Below, one piece after another: positions 10,062-20,081 of a stretch of DNA of 64,000 nucleotides. Position 1 is the first letter of the stretch, and every line of letters starts with the position of its first letter. The stretch lies in contig OZ253462.1 in assembly GCA_965261395.1 (NCBI GenBank), positions 1,280,001 to 1,344,000 of the forward strand. Reading direction: 5' to 3'. Source of the stretch: Candidatus Latescibacterota bacterium (GTDB lineage: Bacteria > Latescibacterota > UBA2968 > UBA8231). Below the pieces are notes generated by a model. The model worked only from the letters and a program-made list of their open reading frames with translations, had not been told where the DNA came from and did not search any database. The position numbers and the translations under genes are program-made.

Positions 10062-13000
10062 TTAATAAGCTACATGTATCAATGTTGATCTCGTGGTGGG
10101 TCCGATGTCGTCGGCATCAACGGCGAGATCGACCTGCCCCAGATAGATCCCCGGCGGCACTCGTTGCCCTGTCTGATCTGTACCCGACCACACCACCGCC
10201 ACCTCACCACTGTGCACCGCCTGTCGGTGCTGCCACACCCGTCGGCCATCCAGCCGATACACATTCACCGTGGCCTGTCGCGTCGTCCCCAGTCGAAACA
10301 CCGAAAAGCCGATCGTCGTCTGGTCGTTGACCCCGTCGCCATTGGGCGTAAACGGGTTGGGATAGGCGGCAATCACGCCCAGCGGCTTTAGGTTCAAAGG
10401 CACCTGGATCGACAGCGCCTCCGACGCGACCTGCGCTGTCGCATCGCCGGCGGCCACTCCCTGCCAAGGCGCGTCTTGGGCGCTGCCCCCGGCCGTGTTG
10501 CGCACCGCTAGGTCCACCGTCGCTCCGTTGACGAACACCGGCGTAGCAAAACGCATCCGCAACAGCGGCCCTGCTCCCACGATCCGCCCCCGCCGCGCCG
10601 ACCCAAGCCCGTTGTAGGCTGCCGCGTCCAGTGAGTCGCCTGCGGCGTCAAAGGCAAATTGGCCTCCTTCGTCGAACAGGATGCGGAAGTAGCGATCCTC
10701 CCGCTCGTCCTCGGCCAACGCGTCGAACTCACTCTCATTGACTAGGGTTAGAGCCACCTCTCCGGTTGCCTCGACGGTGCGGCGGAAGTAGCGTCGGTCG
10801 CCCCGTTCCTCCGGTGCCAACTGGCCATAGCTCACCGCGGTCAATACCTGCCCCTGCCGGTCAATGGGCACCTGCTCCTGTTCGCTCATCACTTGGTAGT
10901 AGATCCGTTCATCGACCGTCCCCAGCGCATGCACTGCTGCAGGCAGGCGCACCCAGATCGAGTCCGACCGATCCTGCAACACTGTTAACAGCTGACCAGC
11001 TTCGTCAACAAACGACCCATCTGCCTGCGGACGAAAGACTTGGTCTTCGCCTAGGGCCAACTCCAACAGCGTCAGGTTCTCTGCCCCCGATAAGGTCAGT
11101 GCCACCTCGTCGAAACCGTCGCTGCGCACGCTGAAGGGCTGCTCGACGAAGAAGGGCTGGGCAAACACCTCAAACGTGTCGACCCGTCCGGGCACGGCCA
11201 CCTCGACCGGCCACAACTCAGCCTGCATCTGTTCCACCACCGGATTCAACAGTTCGATCTCAATGGCACCAATCGACGCGGCTTGGAAGCGATCTTGGGT
11301 GCGCAGTGCCACTTGCAGTTGCAGAAGACCGTGTTGCGCTGGCGCATTGACCCGGGTGCCTGGCTGCCGATAGCTGCGGCTCCAGTTGCTCCAGTCGCTG
11401 CCAGCGACAAAGGCGGTGTCGACGGGACCTTTGAAGCTGCCCATGAGATTGTTCCACTGTTTCTGGGTGATCTCGCTGCCGGACTTGTCGAAGTGGCGCA
11501 CGACCTTGCGCAGCAGACTGCCGGTGCGGCTGCGGAGGTCTAGTTCGGTGCCCGGCGGCGTTTCCCCTTCCCAGAAGATTCGTCCCAAGCTGCGTCCTGC
11601 TGGCAAGGCCATCAGGGCCGAGTGCAGCACCACCTCCGACGGGTAGCCCGCCGAAAATAGCTGGTACTCTGCGATTTTGGGACCCGGCGCATAGATGTCC
11701 AGGCTCTGGTCAATGATAGTGATCTCGATATAGCGAAGCTTTTGCGGCGAAGCGAAATTTTCGAGCAGATGCCGGAATCGGCTAATACTATTGTTTTCGC
11801 GCTCCAGCGAAGTCAGCCGCTTCCATTTGAGCCGACCATTGGTATCCCGCGTACCATCCGAGCCCAGCATCTTATAGCCCTCGACAATAGGCCAGGAAAA
11901 GGGAGCCGAGGTCCGCACCGCGTCGAGCCAGAAGGTCGCGCCCATGTCGATGGTCAACACCCCCCGATCCACGATCGCCGTCTTCTCGCGAAAGGGATGC
12001 ACGAAATTGGTGGCGTAATCCCCGTCGAAACCAGCCCCCGGACTGAAGCCATCCCCCGTCAAAGCTAGGCTGCCGCCACCGTCCAGCATTCTCGCAGTGA
12101 TATTGTCGCCATAGCCCCAGACTTCGATATCGGCCAGCCGGGGCCGCTCGCGGCGATAGTACTCCTTCCGACCCTGACGCGCCGCTGGCAAACCCTCATA
12201 CACCGAACGATCCACCGGCTCCTCGAAACCCTCCCGAACCTTGACGAAATGGACGATTTCGCCTTGGTCTGCTGTGGGCAACGCCTCCCACTCCGCCGCA
12301 GTCACCAGCCGACCCCGCGCGCCCTTGCTTTCCGTCACCACCACCCGCAAGGTCTCCACCATCCGACCCGTCCACTCCGGCGACGCCCGCGGCTGCGCAA
12401 AACCAAAACCGAAAAGCCGCTGATCCTCATTGGGGGCCGTCGTCCGCGCCACCAACTCAAACCCCACCTTCGCCACCTCCTCCATCACCGGCTTCTGATT
12501 CGGTGCCACCAACAGCCGAAACTGGCGAAACGGATCCCCCAGCGACGCCTCGACAAAGTGCAACACCACCGAATCCACCACCGCCACCCGACCCAGATCC
12601 ACCTCCACCCACCAGTCGTCCAAAGGTGCCGCCGCATCCGGCTCCCAATACGTCGTCGGATCTCCGTCCAGAATCGCCGCCGCATCCGCCCCATTCGAGC
12701 CCACTCGACTGATCCCCATCCGCATCAGATAGGTATAGACCGGCACATTCTTCCCGCTTTTCTTCTGCGTCAGCACATTGCCGCGGATATCCAGTGTTAG
12801 GGTGCTGTCCAGATTCAGAATTGCCGTTTGCGTCCGGCCCCGCTTGAAGTCCTTCAAGGCCCGTTGGAACGTCGCTCGATCATCCAGCAGGCTATAGCGG
12901 CCACGAAAGCGATGCGGCACTACCACTCCCGTCGGCTCTACCTCCACCGCGTGTGTCGGCAGGGTCCATGCCCGCCAGTGCGCCGCGGTCTCCACCACCA

Positions 13001-13130
13001 GCCGATCCTCGCTGAGCCGATAGCCCGCTCCCTCTTGCGCAATCGCGCCACTGCCTGCCACAAGCAATCCTATGGCCCATAAAAAGAAACAGCCGCGACC
13101 CAAACGGGAACCTAAAACCGTGCCCTTCAT
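10062..13130 (-). CDS. Large secreted FlgD-Ig-tailed family protein with two discoidin-like domains, copy A (1022 aa)
   Basis: Signal peptide; LDGDPTTYW..VEVDLGR and FDGDYAT..IDMGATFWLD motifs; NPFTPNGDGVND tail. Confidence 0.85.
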   Translation of the reverse strand: MKGTVLGSRLGRGCFFLWAIGLLVAGSGAIAQEGAGYRLSEDRLVVETAAHWRAWTLPTHAVEVEPTGVVVPHRFRGRYSLLDDRATFQRALKDFKRGRTQTAILNLDSTLTLDIRGNVLTQKKSGKNVPVYTYLMRMGISRVGSNGADAAAILDGDPTTYWEPDAAAPLDDWWVEVDLGRVAVVDSVVLHFVEASLGDPFRQFRLLVAPNQKPVMEEVAKVGFELVARTTAPNEDQRLFGFGFAQPRASPEWTGRMVETLRVVVTESKGARGRLVTAAEWEALPTADQGEIVHFVKVREGFEEPVDRSVYEGLPAARQGRKEYYRRERPRLADIEVWGYGDNITARMLDGGGSLALTGDGFSPGAGFDGDYATNFVHPFREKTAIVDRGVLTIDMGATFWLDAVRTSAPFSWPIVEGYKMLGSDGTRDTNGRLKWKRLTSLERENNSISRFRHLLENFASPQKLRYIEITIIDQSLDIYAPGPKIAEYQLFSAGYPSEVVLHSALMALPAGRSLGRIFWEGETPPGTELDLRSRTGSLLRKVVRHFDKSGSEITQKQWNNLMGSFKGPVDTAFVAGSDWSNWSRSYRQPGTRVNAPAQHGLLQLQVALRTQDRFQAASIGAIEIELLNPVVEQMQAELWPVEVAVPGRVDTFEVFAQPFFVEQPFSVRSDGFDEVALTLSGAENLTLLELALGEDQVFRPQADGSFVDEAGQLLTVLQDRSDSIWVRLPAAVHALGTVDERIYYQVMSEQEQVPIDRQGQVLTAVSYGQLAPEERGDRRYFRRTVEATGEVALTLVNESEFDALAEDEREDRYFRILFDEGGQFAFDAAGDSLDAAAYNGLGSARRGRIVGAGPLLRMRFATPVFVNGATVDLAVRNTAGGSAQDAPWQGVAAGDATAQVASEALSIQVPLNLKPLGVIAAYPNPFTPNGDGVNDQTTIGFSVFRLGTTRQATVNVYRLDGRRVWQHRQAVHSGEVAVVWSGTDQTGQRVPPGIYLGQVDLAVDADDIGPTTRSTLIHVAY

Positions 13131-16100
13131 GGCTTCCTCTAATCGGGAGTCGGCAAACTATGACTATATCTGCAAAACCCAATCTGGTCGGCGACCGCTG
13201 GGCGATCTTACAGACACAATCCAATATTTACCGGCTCTCAATAAGCTACGTGTAGCAATGTTGATCTCGTGGTGGGTCCGATGTCGTCGGCATCAACGGC
13301 GAGATCGACCTGCCCCAGATAGATCCCCGGCGGCACCCGTTGCCCCGCCTGATCCGTACCTGACCACACCACCGCTACCTCACCGCTTTGCACTACCTGT
13401 CGATGCTGCCACACCCGTTGACCGTCCAGCCGATACACATTCACCGTGGCCTGTCGCGTCGTCCCCAGTCGAAACACCGAAAAGCCGATCGTCGTCTGGT
13501 CGTTGACCCCGTCGCCATTGGGCGTAAACGGGTTGGGATAGGCGGCAATCACGCCCAGCGGCTTTAGGTTCAAAGGCACCTGGATCGACAGCGCCTCCGA
13601 CGCGACCTGCGCTGTCGCATCGCCGGCGGCCACTCCCTGCCAAGGCGCGTCTTGGGTGCTGCCCCCGGCCGTGTTGCGCACCGTCAGGTCCACCGTCGCT
13701 CCGTTGACGAACACCGGCGTAGCAAAACGCATCCGCAACAGCGGCCCTGCTCCCACGATCCGCCCCCGCCGCGCCGACCCAAGCCCGTTGTAGGCTGCCG
13801 CGTCCAGTGAGTCGCCTGCGGCATCAAAGGCAAATTGGCCTCCTTCGTCGAACAGGATGCGGAAGTAGCGATCCTCCCGCTCGTCCTCGGCCAACGCGTC
13901 GAACTCACTCTCATTGACCAGGGTTAGAGCCACCTTTCCGGTTGCCTCGGCGGTGCGGCGGAAGTAGCGTCGGTCGCCCCGTTCCTCCGGTGCCAACTGG
14001 CCATAGCTCACCGCGGTCAATACCTGCCCCTGCCGGTCAATGGGCACCTGCTCCTGTTCGCCCATTACTTGGTAGTAGATCCGTTCATCGACCGTCCCCA
14101 GCGCATGCACTGCCGCAGGCAGGCGCACCCAGATCGAGTCCGACCGATCCTGCAACACTGTTAATAGCTGACCAGCTTCGTCAACAAACGACCCATCTGC
14201 CTGCGGACGAAAGACTTGGTTTTCGCCTAGGGCCAACTCCAACAGCGTCAGGTTCTCTGCCCCCGACAAGGCTAGTGCCACCTCGTCGAAACCGTCGCTG
14301 CGCACGCTGAAAGGCTGCTCGACGAAGAAGGGCTGGGCGAACACCTCAAAGGTGTCGACCCGCCCCGGCACCGCTATCTCGATCGGCCACAACTCAGCCT
14401 GCATCTGTTCCACCACCGGATTCAACAGCTCGATCTCAATGGCACCGATTGACGCAGCTTGGAAGCGGTCTTGGGTGCGCAGTGCCACTTGCAGTTGCAG
14501 AAGACCGTGTTGCGCTGGCGCATTGACCCGGGTGCCTGGCTGCCGATAGCTGCGGCTCCAGTTGCTCCAGTCGCTGCCAGCGACAAAGGCGGTGTCGACG
14601 GGACCTTTGAAGCTGCCCATGAGATTGTTCCACTGTTTCTGGGTGATCTCGCTGCCGGACTTGTCGAAGTGGCGCACGACCTTGCGCAGCAGACTGCCGG
14701 TGCGGCTGCGGAGGTCTAGTTCGGTGCCCGGCGGCGTTTCTCCTTCCCAGAAGATTCGTCCCAAGCTGCGTCCTGCTGGCAAGGCCATCAGGGCCGAGTG
14801 CAGCACCACCTCCGACGGGTAGCCCGCCGAAAATAGCTGGTACTCCGCGACATTAGGCCCGATGCACCACATACAGAGATCACCGGCATTGGGATTGGTA
14901 ATGGTAATCTCGATATAGCGAAGCTTTTGCGGCGAAACAAATTTTTCGAGCAGGTGTTCGAAGAGATTATCGCGGTTGTTTTCGCGCGCCACTGATGTCA
15001 GCCGCTCCCACTTGAGCTGGCCATTGGTATCCCGCGTGCCATCCGAGCCCAGAATCTTATAGCCGTCGATAAAGGTCCTGGGCAAGGTCGAGGACGTCCG
15101 CACCGCGTCGAGCCAGAAGGTCGCGCCCATGTCGATGGTCAATACCCCCCGATCCACGATCGCCGTCTTCTCGCGGACCACGTGCGGAAAGGAGGTGGAA
15201 AAGTCGCCATCGAACGCCCCAACCGGACTGAAACCATCCCCGGTCAAAGCGAGGTTGCCGCCACCTTCCACCATGCCCATACTGATATTGTCGCCGTAGC
15301 CCCAGACTTCGATATCGGCCAGCCGGGGCCGCTCGCGGCGATAGTACTCCTTCCGACCCTGACGCGCCGCTGGCAAACCCTCATACACCGAACGATCCAC
15401 CGGCTCCTCGAAACCCTCTTCGTCGACGATAAAGTGGACGATTTCGCCTTGGTCTGCTGCGGGCAACGCCTCCCACTCCGCCGCAGTCACCAGCCGACCC
15501 CGCGCGCCCTTGCTTTCCGTCACCACCACCCGCAAGGTCTCCACCATCCGACCCGTCCACTCCGGCGACGCCCGCGGCTGCGCAAAACCAAAACCGAAAA
15601 GCCGCTGATCCTCATTGGGGGCCGTCGTCCGCGCCACCAACTCAAACCCCACCTTCGCCACCTCCTCCATCACCGGCTTCTGATTCGGTGCCACCAACAG
15701 CCGAAACTGGCGAAACGGATCCCCCAGCGACGCCTCGACAAAGTGCAACACCACCGAATCCACCACCGCCACCCGACCCAGATCCACCTCCACCCACCAG
15801 TCGTCCAAAGGCGCCGCCGCATCCGGCTCCCAATACGTCGTCGGATCTCCGTCCAGAATCGCCGCCGCATCCGCCCCATTCGAGCCCACTCGACTGATCC
15901 CCATCCGCATCAGATAGGTATAGACCGGCACATTCTTCCCGCTTTTCTTTTGCGTCAGCACATTGCCGCGGATGTCCAGCGTTAGGGTGCTGTCCAGATT
16001 CAGAATCGCCGTTTGCGTCCGGCCCCGCTTGAAGTCCTTCAAGGCCCGTTGGAACGTCGCCCGATCATTCAGCAGGTTGTAGCGACTGCGAAAGCGATGC

Positions 16101-16300
16101 GGCACTACCACTCCCGTCGGCTCTACCTCCACCGCGTGTGTCGGCAAGGTCCATGCCCGCCAGTGCGCCGCGGTCTCCACCACCAGCCGATCCTCGCTGA
16201 GCCGATAGCCCGCTCCCTCTTGCGCAATCGCGCCACTGCTTATCACAAGCAATCCTATGGCCCACAAAAAGAAACAGCCGCGACCCAAACGGGAACCCAA
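10062..16300. repeat. Tandem direct duplication of a ~3.1 kb gene (period ~3176-3185 bp)
   Basis: Long identical DNA runs, e.g. 11290-11660 vs 14470-14840 and 12290-12760 vs 15475-15945. Confidence 0.95.
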
Positions 16301-16315
16301 AATCAGACCTCTCAT
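13238..16315 (-). CDS. Large secreted FlgD-Ig-tailed family protein, copy B (1025 aa)
   Basis: Near-identical to 10062..13130 except for clustered patches in the second discoidin-like domain. Confidence 0.85.
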   Translation of the reverse strand: MRGLILGSRLGRGCFFLWAIGLLVISSGAIAQEGAGYRLSEDRLVVETAAHWRAWTLPTHAVEVEPTGVVVPHRFRSRYNLLNDRATFQRALKDFKRGRTQTAILNLDSTLTLDIRGNVLTQKKSGKNVPVYTYLMRMGISRVGSNGADAAAILDGDPTTYWEPDAAAPLDDWWVEVDLGRVAVVDSVVLHFVEASLGDPFRQFRLLVAPNQKPVMEEVAKVGFELVARTTAPNEDQRLFGFGFAQPRASPEWTGRMVETLRVVVTESKGARGRLVTAAEWEALPAADQGEIVHFIVDEEGFEEPVDRSVYEGLPAARQGRKEYYRRERPRLADIEVWGYGDNISMGMVEGGGNLALTGDGFSPVGAFDGDFSTSFPHVVREKTAIVDRGVLTIDMGATFWLDAVRTSSTLPRTFIDGYKILGSDGTRDTNGQLKWERLTSVARENNRDNLFEHLLEKFVSPQKLRYIEITITNPNAGDLCMWCIGPNVAEYQLFSAGYPSEVVLHSALMALPAGRSLGRIFWEGETPPGTELDLRSRTGSLLRKVVRHFDKSGSEITQKQWNNLMGSFKGPVDTAFVAGSDWSNWSRSYRQPGTRVNAPAQHGLLQLQVALRTQDRFQAASIGAIEIELLNPVVEQMQAELWPIEIAVPGRVDTFEVFAQPFFVEQPFSVRSDGFDEVALALSGAENLTLLELALGENQVFRPQADGSFVDEAGQLLTVLQDRSDSIWVRLPAAVHALGTVDERIYYQVMGEQEQVPIDRQGQVLTAVSYGQLAPEERGDRRYFRRTAEATGKVALTLVNESEFDALAEDEREDRYFRILFDEGGQFAFDAAGDSLDAAAYNGLGSARRGRIVGAGPLLRMRFATPVFVNGATVDLTVRNTAGGSTQDAPWQGVAAGDATAQVASEALSIQVPLNLKPLGVIAAYPNPFTPNGDGVNDQTTIGFSVFRLGTTRQATVNVYRLDGQRVWQHRQVVQSGEVAVVWSGTDQAGQRVPPGIYLGQVDLAVDADDIGPTTRSTLLHVAY

Positions 16316-18600
16316 GGTTTACTCCTCGCGATTTCGTAGTCCGTGTTGCCTTCGGTCAGGCGGATGACGCTATTGGCGGGAATATGCTCCCAACTCTGAC
16401 GGTGCCCGCTGGGCCAGCGGATCTCTAGGCGGTCGACCATTTCTTTGTCGCCTAGTCCTAGATGCAGTGCTGGGGCGTTGCTCGAACCAAAGCCGTAACC
16501 GCTGGACACCTCGGCATGTACCTGATGATCGCCGCTATGTAGGGACACGCGGGCCCCAATACCGTCTCGATTGCTCTCGGTCCCTCTGGTTATCACTGCC
16601 AGGAAGTGGCCGTTTTCACCGTCGTTGCGATACAGACTATTGGGCCATACGTCCCCGTCATAATGGCCCCCCAACCCGGCGTAGAGATCCATATCGCCGT
16701 CGCCGTCGAAATCGGCGAACGTGGCACCGTGCCCCTTGCCCAGATTGCCCACCCCAGCCTCTGCGGTGATATCCGCAAAAGTTCCGTCGCCCCGATTGAG
16801 CAAGAGGGTATTGGGTTCAAGGCGGTACATCTCCGGACCGCCATTGGCTAGATAAATATCGGCGAAACCATCATTGTCGATATCGCTCACGCCGATGCCC
16901 ATCGTACTAAAGGAACGGCCTAGGCCAGCCTCGACCGTCGCATCGGTAAAGGTGCCGTCACCGTTATTGCGGTAGAGGAAGGGCCGATTGAGTTGGTTAT
17001 TCTGTCCCTCGACCATACTGTTGAGCATCCCTTCGAGGCTACTCATCGTCGCGACAAAAAGATCTAGGGCCCCGTCATTATCGTAGTCGAAGAAAAACGC
17101 GACGTACCCCCCTTCGAGGGGAAAAAGCACGTCGGCTTGTGCCGCCCGGTCGGTGAAGGTTCCGTCGCCATCATTGTGGTAGAGCCGATTGGGCTGGCCG
17201 ATATTCACCGCATAGAGATCCGGATAACCATCGCCGTCGTAGTCTCCAAAGGCGCAGCCGATAGTCTTACCCGGATCGGCGACTCCGGCACTTGCAGCCA
17301 CGTCAGCAAAGACACCGTTTTGGCTATTGCGATACAGGTTGTTATTTCCCCCGTCCCCCAAAACCCCGTTGGCCACATAGAGGTCGAGGTAGCCGTCTAG
17401 GTCGTAGTCGCCCCAGGTCGCGGTAAAACTGCAAGCTAAATCGACCATCCCCACCTGCAAGGCGACGTCGACATACTCGCCTTGGTCATTGCGGTAGAGA
17501 GAATTGGCTGCCTTGCCCTCCCAGGCGTCCCGCGTGACGAAAAGATCCGCGTCTCCGTCATTGTCGAAATCGGCACGGGCAGCACCCCACCCCCCTCGCA
17601 CGTCGGCCAACCCCGTCGTCTCTGTCACCGCGTGGAAACGCCCGTCCCCGTCGTTGCGGTAAAGTGCGTGCAAAGTTCGGATCCCTACCGAAAATAGGTC
17701 TGGATCCCCGTCGAGGTCGTAATCGAGCCAAGCGCTGCCCCGGCCTCGGTCGATTTTGTCCACCCCGGCTGAGGGGGCAATATCGGCGAAGCGGACCGAC
17801 GTGGAAGCGGGCACGGATTCGCGGGCCACAAGTCGATAACGGTCCGGCAAACTCGTAGGATAACCCTCCCAATAGACCAGTTTGATCAGCCAGAGTGCCT
17901 TCAGACGTTCCGCGTACTGGTCCAGCGACAGATTCACCGCTCGCTGCAGAAACGGCATAGCCGCTGGCCCATCGCCCTTCCACAAGGCGGCAGTACCTGC
18001 CAACAGAGTAAGCGTATAGCTCTCGGGATACTGCTGTGTTAGTTGCCGGCCCAATTCCAGTGCCTGCTCGAACCGCCCCAATCTCAACTCGGCTTTAAGC
18101 AGCATCAGCGCGGCGCGGCTTTCTTGGGGTACCGCGTGCAAGATTTCCCGGCACAACTTGCGAGTCTGTTCCAGATCCATGGCAAAGTCAGCGCGCAAAC
18201 CTAGCTGTGCCAACAACAGCTTGGCGTCAATGGAGCGAGGATGGCTTTTTAGAACCTCTTCGGCCAGCGTTCGGGCCTCGGCAATTCGTCGCTCCGAACT
18301 CAGCAACCGGGCATGCAGAATCTGGATTTCGGGACGCTCTAAGTCCTCTCCGGCTATTGTTTTTAGCATCTGCATGGTAGCTTCCCTCTGGTCCATCGCC
18401 AAATAGATCTCGCACAACCTCACTTGGGCTACGGTACTGTCGGGTGCTAGGCGCAAACAGCGCTGAAAATGCTCGGCGGCTTCTTTCCACTGCCCGGCCC
18501 GAAAAAATTCCATGCCCTCGCTATAGAGCTTATCCGCCTCTTTGGGGGGACTGCCGCAGCCGACCCCCAACACCGCCCAGAACACGATCCAAGGTATCAC
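16312..18600 (-). CDS. TPR + FG-GAP/ASPIC-UnbV (CRTAC1 family) lipoprotein
   Basis: Lipobox-like GVGC; TPRs; repeated DxDxDGxxDL/LYRNxGDGTF; C-terminal RDGIGARV..LHLGLG..IRWPSG. Confidence 0.9.
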   Translation of the reverse strand: MIPWIVFWAVLGVGCGSPPKEADKLYSEGMEFFRAGQWKEAAEHFQRCLRLAPDSTVAQVRLCEIYLAMDQREATMQMLKTIAGEDLERPEIQILHARLLSSERRIAEARTLAEEVLKSHPRSIDAKLLLAQLGLRADFAMDLEQTRKLCREILHAVPQESRAALMLLKAELRLGRFEQALELGRQLTQQYPESYTLTLLAGTAALWKGDGPAAMPFLQRAVNLSLDQYAERLKALWLIKLVYWEGYPTSLPDRYRLVARESVPASTSVRFADIAPSAGVDKIDRGRGSAWLDYDLDGDPDLFSVGIRTLHALYRNDGDGRFHAVTETTGLADVRGGWGAARADFDNDGDADLFVTRDAWEGKAANSLYRNDQGEYVDVALQVGMVDLACSFTATWGDYDLDGYLDLYVANGVLGDGGNNNLYRNSQNGVFADVAASAGVADPGKTIGCAFGDYDGDGYPDLYAVNIGQPNRLYHNDGDGTFTDRAAQADVLFPLEGGYVAFFFDYDNDGALDLFVATMSSLEGMLNSMVEGQNNQLNRPFLYRNNGDGTFTDATVEAGLGRSFSTMGIGVSDIDNDGFADIYLANGGPEMYRLEPNTLLLNRGDGTFADITAEAGVGNLGKGHGATFADFDGDGDMDLYAGLGGHYDGDVWPNSLYRNDGENGHFLAVITRGTESNRDGIGARVSLHSGDHQVHAEVSSGYGFGSSNAPALHLGLGDKEMVDRLEIRWPSGHRQSWEHIPANSVIRLTEGNTDYEIARSKP

Positions 18601-20075
18601 CGGCGCTGCTCCAACTGCGCCAGCATCTCGCGGGCCTTCGCGTGGCTGGGGTTGAGTTTGAGGACGGTCTCGAAGGCGCTCTTGGCTTCCGCGTAGGCAT
18701 CCTCCTTCATCAGGGCGAGCCCCAACGAGTAGCGGGCTCGCAGGAAGGAGGGGTCGATGACGACACTCTGATCGAAACAGGCTCGGGCTTGGCGATACTT
18801 GCCTTGCTTCAGATAGATAGTTCCTAGGTAAAAATAAGCCCCGCTATGGTCTGGCTCGCTATCCAGAACTTGGCGCAGCACGGCGATGGACTCCGGCAGA
18901 TTGCCGAGTACCAGATGAGAACGGCCCAACCCGTAAAGGGCCCGCGCCGAAGTGGGCGCTATACTCAGGGCTTCGACAAAGGTCAGCAGTGCGACTTTGG
19001 GGTCATCAGCCATCAGCAACGCCTCGCCTAGCATACAGTGTATATCCGGGTCCCCGGCGTCGAGACGCAAGGCTTGCTGCAACCTCGGAATGGCTTTTTC
19101 CGGCATTTTCTGCCGCATGAGGGTTTGCCCCATTCTTAGGTAGGCGTCGAGCAAGCTCGTATCGGCTGCGACCGCCTGCGTCCAGGAGGTTATGGCTTGC
19201 TCCCACTCACCCCGCTTGGCAAAAATTGCCCCTTGGTCGAAGTGCTTCTGCGCCGTGCTCAAACGGCGAAACGCCGCCAACTCGACTTCGGCTTCCCGCC
19301 GCCGGTCCGTCTGCTGGTAGGCCTGTCCTAGGAGATAGCGGGCGCTGGCGGCTCTCGGGTCTAGGTCAATTGCTCGCCGGAGTATATCGGCGGCATCTTG
19401 GTGGCGATCTAGCTGGCTGTAGAGGCGGCCTAGGTCCAGATGGGCCGCTAGGTGGCCGGGATCCAACTCCAGTACGCGCCGGTATCCCTCTTCCGCCTCG
19501 ATCAGGCGGTTGCTGCGCGCCAGCATGTCGCTAAGATAGTAATAAGCTTTCACATGAGTGGAATCCAGGCGGATAACCTCCTCGAACGCCGCTAAGGCAC
19601 CAGTGAAATCGGCACTGGCCCTAAGGGCTTCTCCCGTGAAGTAATGGCACTCGGGGCGCTCGGGTGCAAGCTCGGCGGCTTGGGCAAAAAAGTCTGCCGC
19701 TTCTCTATCGCGGCGCTGGGCCCGCAACGAGCCCCCCAGGGCTAAATAGAGCTCCGCAGTCGGCGGTCCCAGCTCGAGGGCGCGTTCAAAAGCCGCTACC
19801 GCTTCGGCGTGCCGTCCCAGCCGCTCGTAGGCCAAACCCATATTGAAGTGGGGCTCGACCATGGCGGGGATTTTCTCCACCGCCTCCTTGAGCGCGGCCA
19901 GCGCGCGCTGAGGTCTTCCCTGTTGCAGAAAGAGCACTCCTCGGCCGGTCAGCAGCAGACCTTGCCGCCGGAGTTTTTCCGCCGCTACATCCGAGTTAGC
20001 TGCCGGTTCGTGCTGGCTGCACCCTGTAATCAGCAGCATCGCAATGAACGTGGCTTTTTCCACAAGAGAGGGCAT
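18597..20075 (-). CDS. TPR repeat lipoprotein
   Basis: LITGC lipobox; consecutive 34-aa TPR motifs throughout. Confidence 0.9.
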   Translation of the reverse strand: MPSLVEKATFIAMLLITGCSQHEPAANSDVAAEKLRRQGLLLTGRGVLFLQQGRPQRALAALKEAVEKIPAMVEPHFNMGLAYERLGRHAEAVAAFERALELGPPTAELYLALGGSLRAQRRDREAADFFAQAAELAPERPECHYFTGEALRASADFTGALAAFEEVIRLDSTHVKAYYYLSDMLARSNRLIEAEEGYRRVLELDPGHLAAHLDLGRLYSQLDRHQDAADILRRAIDLDPRAASARYLLGQAYQQTDRRREAEVELAAFRRLSTAQKHFDQGAIFAKRGEWEQAITSWTQAVAADTSLLDAYLRMGQTLMRQKMPEKAIPRLQQALRLDAGDPDIHCMLGEALLMADDPKVALLTFVEALSIAPTSARALYGLGRSHLVLGNLPESIAVLRQVLDSEPDHSGAYFYLGTIYLKQGKYRQARACFDQSVVIDPSFLRARYSLGLALMKEDAYAEAKSAFETVLKLNPSHAKAREMLAQLEQRR

Positions 20076-20081
20076 CAGCGC

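Noticed and set aside
10062-16315. Diversity-generating retroelement (TR/VR pair)
   Set aside because: Both copies are full genes, differences are not confined to adenines and include an indel, and there is no reverse transcriptase in the window
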